Positions 25,801-37,800 of a stretch of 64,000 bases of DNA are shown in pieces. Made by a program: the position numbers and the translations under genes. The number at the start of each line of letters is the position of its first letter. Position 1 is the stretch's first letter. Under the pieces are notes generated by a model, which made no database searches, was not told the DNA's origin, and worked only from the letters and a program-made list of their open reading frames with translations. Origin of the DNA: Fimbriosthenelais zetlandica (taxonomy: Eukaryota); assembly GCA_977030845.1 (NCBI GenBank), contig OZ365118.1:3348001-3412000 (forward strand). Direction: 5' to 3'.

Positions 25801-28800
25801 TAAGTTTTCAATGAATTGCCTACGTACTTGTTGCTCTTTGTAACGTAGCAAAATATTGTTTAATTAAATATATTTGCCAGAGGCTAGGATACGGGTTTAG
25901 TGATGAGACTGACCTTTAAATGTATCGAGCAATTTAATACCCATATCTCAATCTCCACTCAATTCCCCCACACAAAACAAAATAAAATCCAATAATATGA
26001 CTCTGACTATCATGCAATGTATGACGGGCTACACCACAACAAAGAGTTGATCACAAAGTCGGATGAGGCGGGATGTCAGCTACAAGCATCACTTCAGATC
26101 ACCATCTATCTTTGATAAGTACAGCTCTACATGTAGATGAGCATTTCCATCATTTTGTCAACATTTCATTATAATGAAGGTCAAGCTATATTTGTCTGAA
26201 TTATTAGTCGTATACATTTTTCACCCCCTATAGTAGCTTTTTTAGGTCATTTTAGGCCATGGGTACCCCAGTTTCATGCATGTAGAAAGAAAAAATTGGA
26301 TGAAAATCCAAAGAAAACGGGGTTTTATGCCTAAAAATATTAATAAAAACCCTTTCTCTGGGATTCACAAACCAAAAATGGAAACAAATATGTAACATTT
26401 CATCATGTTTTACATTTATAATTAACTATCATAGATTTAAGAGAAATACTATAGGGGAAATTCTACTCTGAATCAATTTAGATGAACTCTGGGAGGCAAA
26501 ATGCCTTGGGGCAGGTTTATGTCACCGTAAGGTGACGCTCAGGTTCTATGGGCATTAACAAATTGTATAAAGCTAAAGTAGCAAGAAATTACATTCTATA
26601 ATGATAGTTACCAAGCCAACACATCTACTGGAATGAAATATATGGGTGAGGATCTTCTTAATTTTTAGTTAGACATCATTATAGTGCCTTGGGGCAGTTT
26701 TGTCCCCGTAAGGTGACGGAAATGTTTATGCCCAGTATATGACCTTCCCATTGATTCATTTAAACTATTTTATATGAGCACTAAGCATGTCCTAGGACTA
26801 ATATTTTAACATATCAATGCAAGTTAATTAATGCCTCTGTAAGCAGCAAGGACAGGAAATGAATGTGTCACCGTAAGGTGACGCTATGTCACCGTAAGGT
26901 GACGCTAAGTCACCATTAGGTGACGCCACTTAAGGGATACATAAAAGCCTATATAGGCCAAGAAAAATGTACATATGGAAATTACGCCAATCCCCACATA
27001 GCTTATTGCCACAAACACACCAATATTATGTTCACTGGTATCCATGCTCTTCCTGCAAAGTTAGCCTAATTTAGCCTAATTATTTTCACAGGGCCTCCTA
27101 GCGCTACAAACTTTTTCTCCATTTCTGACCACTTCTGACTATGTCATATACCTATTATTCATACTTCTTGAAGCCCAATACTACTGAACATTCAGGAAAG
27201 ACAGCGCCACCTTAAATATAACTTAAAAACACCATAGAACCAAAATTAAACACACATTTTATGTGTTGGAAGGAGGAACAAAAATATGAAATAACCTAGG
27301 TTGGGAAAATTGTTGCCCCCTCCCCCCCACCGCCCTCTCCCACCCACGCCCCCGACCCCCGGCGTTTTCACCTCACAAAATAATGCCTGCCTCCCGCCCT
27401 GGGTGAATTTTGCATTTGTTCGACACTATTTTCTCAGAAATATCACTCCTACTTTTAAAATATTAGATAATATTTATTTTTATTGGTATAATCCTACGTT
27501 TTTGCATGCCGCTAGGGGGCCTATTTGACACTGCCCCACCTAAAATGGCTAAATGTCGACAAAATGATGGAAATGCTCAGGTATCATATAAGTACAAATG
27601 TCTGTCCGGATCCTCTGATATCTCTCTGACCTTGGATTCTACAGGTTTTATCTTTTTCCCATTCCCATTCATGTAAGCACAGTTTGTCATAGAGTGAGAA
27701 ACATGTCAAATGTCAAGGGGTGGGGTTCTGAAGGGAACAAAACAGTAAAATAAAAACTTTTCTGTGAGAAAAAGTTCACAATACAAACGGCAAAGATACA
27801 CATAACAGTAAAAATATTCAATGAAAATCCTTACCTTTGTCCCCCGTGGCGATGATGTCTTGAGGGCCTTTCCTCACGATGGTGACGTCATTCAGGGCTT
27901 TACTCAGCTGGATGGTTTCAGCTACTGGGTCCGTCATGGACGGCTTGTCTCCCATCTACAAAAAGATAATAGAGAAAACATAAGTATTAAAAAACTGAAA
28001 ATGACATGAAAAACTTGTCTAAATTATGTAACATACTGTACTTAACATGCTAAGGAGAATATCTGAGTTTTTGTGCTTCTCATCCATATTTAGTTCGAAT
28101 TCGAATTCGAATTATCATAAAAAGTAGTTAATATTCCACTACAACTTGAGTAGCATAACTGAATTAGTTCACTCAGAGTTTGCTTAAAAGAATTCTACGT
28201 TTTACGATGCTGGCACAGACAATGATATAACCGAGCATGAAACATCTCATTGGACGTCTGAGATGACATCAATGGTAAGATGGAGAATAATGCCATGAGA
28301 TCATCTAGAAAGTTTCTCTTATTAGCTGAGCTAACTCTGGCTGCATTAACAACATTGCATGTCGTGCAAGCTCACACGCAACAAGTACACACCATCTCTA
28401 CTCCCTCTTTCAAAGTACTGCGGGGGAATAACTTGCTATTCATATCAAATCATCTCTGATTATATGTCGACATTTTTCTTTGCAAAGCATAAGACCGATC
28501 TCTGTATATATCCTTGCCAGAAGTAAACATATTCCAGTATTTTTCTTCACAGAAAGTTCATCATGGATTTAGATATGCATAGCCATAGTTTATTCTTACT
28601 CATGAAATTGTATGGAATCAGATAGGAATAATTTGGCAATGGATGATCTTTGAATTAGTGGGATGGACATGTAATGGGAAATAGATGACCAATGACCAGC
28701 CATTCTGAATGCTCACAGATGATTATTGTAGAACATTAGACAGAGTGAGTATAGACAAGTATATTGTCAGACATGGTCGGAGAGAGGCAGACATGGGGGA

Positions 28801-31800
28801 AGGGTGTAAGGGGAGAAGTCAAGAGGAGACAGGGCATCTACTGGAGACAAGTCCATCAGTATTAACTGTCTCTAACCAAAGACTAGTCTTTACCCAGAAA
28901 GACTAGTCTTTACCCAGAAAGACTAGTCTTTACCCAGAAAGACTAGTCTCTAACCAGAGAGACTAGTATAAAAGGGACTTCTGTTAAGGCTAAATGAAAT
29001 AATTAAAAAAGCTCATGTACTTGATGCTTTCAATAAACGGATGGATAAAATACTGGCTCGAAAATATATCTGACTTGGCCTTACAGTTCATATACATGCA
29101 GAGGTAGGACAAGTTTTCAATGGAGCCTAATGGAAGCTTATGGTAAGATGGGATTGTTTGAAGGGATGAGTTGTGACCAGGATGCTAATATTAATCAACC
29201 AGGGAGTAGGTCCATGTAGGCTATTAGTGGTGGAGGTGGAGCTCTGTTCAAGTAAAGGACTCTTATAGATCGATGCTAGAATTTTGGATAGCGAAAAATA
29301 GAACTATATTTCATGATTCTGGATTAAATATATAACAGGAATTGGCTGATTAATATCCCAAAATATTGAAGATCATCAAATGGAAGAAGAATGAAATGAA
29401 GGCGTCACCTCAATCTAATTATGATGTCGTGAGATAGCACAGTTTGGTTAGCTTTAGCACAAACATTTGCCTTAAAAGTGCGGCCACTTTTTCCCCATTG
29501 TCATTCCCACTTGTTCAGGCTGCTTGGCCCAGCTGAGGCCCTTTTTCTGTCCCTTCTAACAGGGTAATTCTTTTTTCTCCTGTTTTTATTTCCCATTAAG
29601 GGACAATCTAGCGTGGCCCTGGCCTGGCTTCTGATAAAACCTCCATATAGACAGCATATTGCTTTTACCCGGGCGTACCATGCCTGGTAAAGCTACAATG
29701 AGAAACCCACTATTCTTGATGATTGGAGAAACTTAACTAATAGCACTTCAAATAGCAATAGCCCTTCAAAAAAACAGCACTTCAAAATACCAGGCCTGTG
29801 CGTGCTAACTGGTATTTTACGTACTGCCTCTTGTTCCACCTCCTGCTCCCAATTCTCATAAAAAATATTCTTCTTTTTAACAAACATTTTCTCTGATTAT
29901 ATCAGTGCAGCATCCAAGTATTTTGTGTACAAAAAAAAACTTGAAAACCAATCACAAAAACTGAGAGGAACTAGTCAATTAATTTACAAAATTATATTAA
30001 AAGAAGAAAGCATATATGTAGAAGTTTGGGATGAAAATTAGAATACAGAAAGTTGCTATGAGAGATTGGTGGAAATCCCGGATGTTTCATGGTCGCGCGG
30101 ATTAAATGATTAGGAGGCGGCTGTTTTTATCACAGTCTCCGTTATTCATTACATTCGCCACTGTTTCATTTAATTATGGATATTTTCTTCCACCATGTTT
30201 TGCGCTTCAATCAAAAAGCTTCAACAATACTTCGCCAAGGCTCAATACAGCCATAAATCACAACACAAGTTTTCAAAGTAGTTTCTCCGCCCAAAACGAA
30301 AATGATTACAAAATGTTATAGAAATACAAAAGCTTGCAGTGAAGCCAAAACAAGGGAAATTATCTAAGACGGTGCTGTAAAAGTAACCGAATTTTCAGTA
30401 ATTAATTTATGTCTGAGTAAAACATCTGGCAATGTAAAGATTGTGTCATTATTAAATGGATAAGCAGGAGAAACATTTACAGAAATGTTAACTGATTTTG
30501 AATATTCTAAATATAAGGTATATCGTAAATGCCTTGACAAATACATGTATAGAGCATCAACAATACGTACAAGAACAAATGCAAAATCCGAGTTCACTTT
30601 CTAAAAGTATTTAACTGAGAACATAATCTGACCAAATCTGCCATCGTTAATCAACTAAATCTGATTGAAGCATAATAATTTCTAAATGGGTTGGGACTGT
30701 AGTTTTGGAACGATTTGCAAGGATAAACATAACGGCTTTCTATATAAGGCGGTAGCTTCAGTGACAGCCTACACTGAGCCAGGTCCAGGACCCATGGCTG
30801 CCGCTTCTATAACGACCAGCTATTTACAGCTGAAATTTGTTCCATGCATATCAGATAGATAAACCCGGACCCTAGAAGGCAAGGCTGGATCCCCGGCAAT
30901 ACGAAGTGCTCACTTACTAGACTAGATCCCTCCTCTAAGGTTTCACACTCAACTCAACTTCAATATATGATTCTGAGAAAATAAGACTGGGTGGATCGAG
31001 TAGGTGCCTCTGAGACATCTATCTCCCATCCCTTCCTCAGTTTAAGCTATATTTATTATAGGAAATATATTATGAATTTAATGAAGTGAAGAAAAATATC
31101 TTGAGAATGTCAGGCTTTGGCAGGTCTATTGCCCTCCCATATATACCCGAATGACTAGCGCGCCCCAACCGGTAATGATGCTATTATGGGAAAATAGGCA
31201 ACAAATATAGAGTATGAAAATAGGCATTAATCATATTTACCTAATGATATAGGCCTAGTATACGACTGTACACAAGAATACCATCTTAGATATATATGTC
31301 CCCAGAAGCTAGGGTTGTCAAAAACATTTATAGCGAAACAGAACTAATCTATGGGCAGACGAGACCTGGGAAACTAACTAAAACTTTTATACAAATTAAT
31401 GGTTCAAATAATCAAATGAACCTATTCATTATTTTTGTTGTTTTTTTTTTGTAAAAAATAAGTCCCTCATCTACACTCCCTCTGACTGCAAATGGATTAA
31501 AATAGTCTGTATAAATCAAATAAGGAGCAAATGCACGATGCATTAGAGTGTTTTTATGTTGGGGAAGTTTGAGCTGAGGGAGTGATGCCTCATCCAGCTC
31601 GAGCCTGGTCATATTAATGTAGAGACGGGAGGTACAGATGTGCCAGTCACTCACCCATATATCCCATTAGTCACCAATTAAAGACTGGCTAATTTTAATG
31701 TGACGCCGGGGAGGAAGTAATGGCTTGATGAATGTATAAACCTCCAGATGTCTACAGGCCTATACATATACTCACGCTACTACACTAAATTTCGTGAAGC

Positions 31801-34800
31801 GAGAATTTTCACTAACTTAGTACAAAGACACCTATTTTAGTGGTATTCTCGTGAAAATACAAGGACAATATCTATCTATATTCTAAACTTAAATGTATCA
31901 TGGGGGCATTTATTTTAGATTTAATTATTTAAATTAAGTGTTGCACGAATATAATTTATTTTGAAGTAGTTCTAGCCACATCTGCGCGGGAACAGTTGAA
32001 ACATAAATCACAGATCACTGCCTCTACCCTCGACAATCTCAGTACAATTATGATTCTCTCTACTACTAAAATGAAAAATTCTTGTAGCATTGGATTGGAG
32101 GGGGGGGGGGAGAGCCAGAGGGAGAGTTAGAGGGAGGAGAGCGAAAGAGCAAAAGAGAAGGAGAGAGGAACTCTTACAAAACAATGTTCAGTTAGCAGTG
32201 GGATTTAAAGAGAACGAGTTTAAATTACCATTTTCAATTTCAACGGGCTTAGCCAGAGCTACACAAGTGATGCGAGTTGGGGGATTTTTGTTGGAATGAC
32301 TGGAACAAAGGCGACATTTCTTGCCTTTTCTGTGTTCAACTGAAACTGTCGCGTGAAAGAGAAGGTTGCAAATATTTGTATTGAGAGTGGGACGTGAAAT
32401 TAAAGCTGTGAGCATTGGGTTTGTATGGAGGCCTGCTCGCCTGACACGGAGATTGCTATCTCAGTATCTATGTAATGAAATCCATTGTTTTTCTGGGATT
32501 AAATCAGACAAGTTTCACGCCAGGCTGGGGTTACATATCACGCGCCTCAACTCGCACTGTGTGATTCAATATACATACTACACCGGTATATCTAATCTTG
32601 TATTGGTGGACCTACGACTGCTTGTACATTTAGAGAAATTTTCCAGGACATTTCCAGGAGATTTTGATGATAAAATTGGACCAATTTCTAATGCATTCCA
32701 ATTAATATACAAGCGTGATATTGGAATGAAAATACATTATTATTCTTCCATGACTTCCCTAGAAATATGACTAGTCTACCAAGAGAGGGAGGAGAGGAAA
32801 ACCATGCGAGGTATAATTGTAAGTTTAAAACCAATCAATCACTGCCTCCACTGATGGATCATTCATTAATTATTGATTAAAGTCTAGATGTATAATATCT
32901 CATGTGGCTACTGTGTCACATCAACAAATGGATCACAAACCATTCATCATCAACAACAAACAAGTGGCAATCACAGAACTAAAAGACATCCAGCAAATAT
33001 AGAACAACTTTTCATGAAGTTATCAAAAAACTCCGTAGAAATTAGATAATATGCAGAATAGTTACTGGCAAATGCAGCAAAAAATACACGAATTTGATGG
33101 AAAGAATACCTGTGGAAATTAGATAATTTAGAGAATGGATACAGTGGGATTATAGCAATGTTTGGTTATGTTATAATGAAATGCTGAGAAAAGCTCAGCA
33201 AGCATGAAAGGAGTTTGTGAGAGATTATGTCAAACTTGGCTTATCAGGGGGAGAGGGGGGGGGGGGGAGAGGGGAGAGAGAGGGGGGGGGGGAGCGGCTC
33301 GGGGGAGCAGCTCAAATAGAGCATCAGAGGCGGAGTCAGTGAGCGCGATAAGAACATGGGAGACATGTCCATCTCATTAAACATGACTACAACCCATGGG
33401 CAAATACAAATAATACTCAGCCCCCGTCTACTCCCTCTCTCTATCCCGCTAGCTACCGCCCCCCCCCCCAATCTCTCCCAACTCTCTCCCACTAACTCGT
33501 ATTGTCTCTCTCCTCGCCACTCTGTTAACATAAAACTTATTTAAATTTTATGAATATTTATCAAAGTCCCCAATTTCATATTTATTTCAGGAGGAAACTT
33601 TTGATTCAATATTACAATTAATTATGGCATTATGGATATAAGCCATGAAGTCTCATGCTCTATTTATTGACTAAAGTCTTTGTAAATACTGGACGAGGGC
33701 TAAAACAGTAGGATGATCAGACAGATAGGCTTCCTAATAATACCACACGTCATTGTTTTCTGTCAGAGTTAAAAAACCTCCACATCCACAAACAAAAACA
33801 CTCTCTTGACTTCCCTCTTTACTTCAACAAAATGGGTAAAAGCGGCGTGGACAAAGCCGGCATTTTACTGGGCAGGCGAGTCAAATTGCTTCAGAGCCTT
33901 TCAATAACTCGACCAGAGAGTTATTTCCTCAAGTTTTAATAGGAACCAAATGCAAAGAATTACCTCAAATCAAACACACGCTCTGTCGTGATAAGGCTTA
34001 GAATTCCAGTGCATTTATCATTGGACTCGGCTGATCATGATTCAGGGACGTTTTAACGTGGGATATATATTTCAAACAATATGGAGGCTGTGCAAGGATG
34101 AAAGCAATTTCAGCATAGTATTTTTGTGGCTATTTCCTGGTAGTATAAAAGGTATAACATTGACAGAAAAAAATCACTGCACGTTTCAAATAATGAGGAT
34201 GTTTTCAATAGTAAACTATATAACAGTGGCTAATCAAAGTCAGGTTTCCCATGTCCAGTAATATGAGGGGAATTTTCTGTTTCAATATTGGTTCAACTGC
34301 AGTCATTTATCAGCTATCTCAAGACGGGGAAACTCGCTGTCGGCACACAACGGACTACTCTTTCCAAACATAAGGAGGGGAAATCAACCTATCTTTTATG
34401 TAGTTCAGTTTCAATCATTTTTCTTGGCTACAAATTTGTGTTTGGATGTTATAAACATAATTTAATGAACCAGAGGCCCCCGGGGGAGGGGGACGCCCCC
34501 TGCCCACCCCCCGTGAAGCAGTAGTGTGGAGGAGGGAGGTGGAGAGATAAGACCCGGCTGTCAGTCACGCCTGTAATGTCCGTCATGCACCACCTCCCCC
34601 TCACCCCCTAACTCCCCCCCCCCCCTCCCCCTCACCCCCCATCACGGCACACCCAGGAGGAGGGTCAATCAGTGTGAGGGGGGGGGGGAGAACTAATGAC
34701 CATACCAGGTGTACTGGTCAACTCAACTTGACCACTAATATACACTACACCTTCTATAGCCTGTTATACAGACTAAACCTGGCCATATCTCACACAAAGC

Positions 34801-37800
34801 CAAATCTACGAGCAAAATTCCTCATAAAATATTGGAAATTATTCAACAGAATGTAAAAGGTACATGGGCCTACAACAGAATAATATTCCATGAACAATAA
34901 ATTCCAAAGACAGGAGTTCCAAAGACAAAAACAGTGACTAAATAAAAATATTTTAAAATTATACTGACACCAGATATGCTATATACTGAGTTTGCATTCA
35001 TAAAATGTCAAGAAAATTCCTTGGCGGAACAAGGACTATGGCCAATATGGCCTCAGGCCTCTGGTCACTCATGGAATTAATATGAATCACAAATACACAT
35101 GTATATCTAAGGGGCACTTCATTATAATATTTCAGTTAAGGAAGTACACTATAGGGGGCTCTCAGTAAGCCTGGGGGGTGGTGGGTACTAATCATACCGT
35201 ATCAGTATATATACCCCCTCCTCTATCCATCACCCCTGTCTATAGATCTGTCACATTGACGTATTTAATATTTTTGACACATCAATGGAATTGAAATCCT
35301 ATCATTTTCTACATTCCCACTTCCGCTGGGTGTTCAAGGGGAGCATATTGGACCCGTGACTACTTGTGCCACGCCAAGACTTAAATAGTTTATCTTGCTT
35401 CACAGTTTTCTTATTTTTATAGTTTAAAGTTTAGAAATCTGAAGAAACCATTGTGGGACAAAAACATATGAGAATCTTCACAATGTTAGAATGCAAAAAC
35501 ATTGAGAAACTCTTCAATGAATAACGTCCTTCACAAAAGTATAAGGAAAGTATCCAGGTGCATGAAGGTAATGCATTCAAGTTAAATCTATGGGAAAATA
35601 ATTTCAGTTTCCTGTCTTTCATCCACAGGAAACATTCTTGACAGTGGACGGTGCTGCCACCTAGGCCCGCCTTCAATGTGGCGTCACCAAGTGGCTGCTA
35701 AAGGCATTAAACTCTCTATTAGTTCCAGATCTTGTGGTTCTGGGGCATTCTAGTAGGAATAGTCTTTTCCAAGCCTTTTCATATGTTCAAATATTTTGAT
35801 TAATAGTTGTGCATAATTCTCCTGGAATATAAATTATCCGAGAAAGAAAATTATGCCCAAACCACTCAGTACCGTAACCCTTAAGGGATGCAAAGACTTC
35901 TATTGGTAGAGCGAAATGTCTATCCCAGAAACGCCACAAATAAATGAGCTAGTTAAGGGACTAGAGCTAGTCTAATCTGGGAGGAGCTGGTGTGAGCAGA
36001 TGTGAGTGGTTAGGTGGGGTAGAATTTACCTTGTTTCTCTATCAGTCACGCCTACCTGCCTCTACACCCCACTTACACATGGCGAATAAAGTAATAAACA
36101 TGTCTAATAAACATACATGGCAGGCGGCCATGGGTGAAAACTTGACAAATATTGAAACACTTGATAGTGACAGATATGATGGAAGTATATAGGCGGGGGA
36201 AGGAGTCACAGCAGGGAAAACCACAAAGATATAGAGAGGTAATGGAAACCACAGCCAAAGGTCCGCTTCCTCTTGAATTGGGGGGCAAGCCCCTCAAAAT
36301 TAAGATATCTACAAGTTCTAAACACCAATGTAAATATGGACAAAAACATCCAATATTTATGATATACACAACTAAAAAAATATTAAAACTCGCTTTGTTT
36401 CCCTCTGAATTTAGTAATAAAACTCTGGTAGTTTAAACTTGGTATTTCGTTAAAAAGAAAATAATATATCCCAGATGGTTGCACTTAAATTTGAAATCAA
36501 ACCAAAAGTTTGCTAAAATGATTTAGCAGAAGATGAGAGAGGTGGGGCGTATCTGTGGCTGTGGTAATTAATCATATGAGGAGAAAAATGATAAATGATA
36601 AACTGACCAGCGCTTGGTAGAGGCGGGTGAACTCCATGGCGTTAGGGGTGAGGGTGGCGCGTTTATAACCTTTGATGAGGTCCGGCTTCTCAGTGACAAG
36701 ATGAAGGCCGTCCTGGAGGCGAAAAATAATATTTATAACACATGATATTAAAATAAAATATAGAAATTAAAGTGAAATAGATAAAGGAAAGGAAAGAGAG
36801 GAGTAGATAAAGGGAGGAGGGGTAGATAAAGGAAGGAGGGGTGGAGAGAGGAGAAAAGAGAAAAGGGAGAGGAGAGTGACATGGGGGAAAACAAAGAGTG
36901 GAAGCGCAGGAGATAATCACATAAGAAAGAGTGAAATATTCTAATATAATTTCCCAGAAATGTACATTACAATATAATTGTTTCGGATAACTGAAACGCT
37001 GTCATAGAACCAAGCTTCTCACTATTAGAATTAGCGATAAAAACGTTTAATTTCATCCCAATTTGAAAGGACATTTGAAGATGAAGGAAGTTTTGAGAGC
37101 CTGATCTAAACATCATGTAAAACTATTAAAGTCAATTTCTGGTTGAATCACACTTATTTCTCTCAGGTTTCCGATCTCTTGATCTTGCCTGGTATCATAG
37201 AAGGTTGAATGAAGGCGCCATGAAGTGACATGAAGTGACAGTGACAGTTGAAATCATCTCAATATGTCAGCCTTCCCCCTGTCACGGTCAGTGATATTAG
37301 CTAAAGTCAATTATATAACAGAAAACACCCCGACCAAGGCTACCACATTATAATCATATCTAATATCCTAGCTCACACTTCATATCTACCTTCACTAAAA
37401 TGTACAAATCACAAGATTAGTTGTCAATACAAATCATGGCTTTTATGAGGTAAAGGTAAATGTGTATTGCGTCATTACTTACCGCATCGATGACAAGCGG
37501 AATGTGCATGCGTTTGGCTTTGGTTATGATGCCCTGAAACGCAAATCACAGAAATATAATCCATCTGTCCACAGAACACAAATCACAGAAATATATTTCA
37601 TTTGTCCATGAAGCGTAAATCACAGAATTATATTCCATTTCTCCACTAAATCTCCGTAATCCTATAGTATTTTGACCCGGGCGGGTGCCTGTTGACCGAC
37701 TAATGGAGGGGGTGACTGACGCACTGAGCTAATTATAGCTAGAGCATGTAGGTGCATGCAGGTGTGCCCCCCGCCCCCGCCCCCGCCCCCGCAAGTTGGA

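Larger units (their letters stand above)
2407..27834 (-). other. NAXD intron 8, 25,428 bp
   Basis: Donor GTAAGG after ...GDK (27835) and acceptor TTGGCAG before the VVRCSVEG exon (2406). The frame joins with no missing NAXD sequence. Confidence 0.9.

Noticed and set aside
28095-28113. (TTCGAA)3 as a heat-shock element
   Set aside because: It lacks the 2-nt spacing of nGAAnnTTCn; more likely a repeat remnant.
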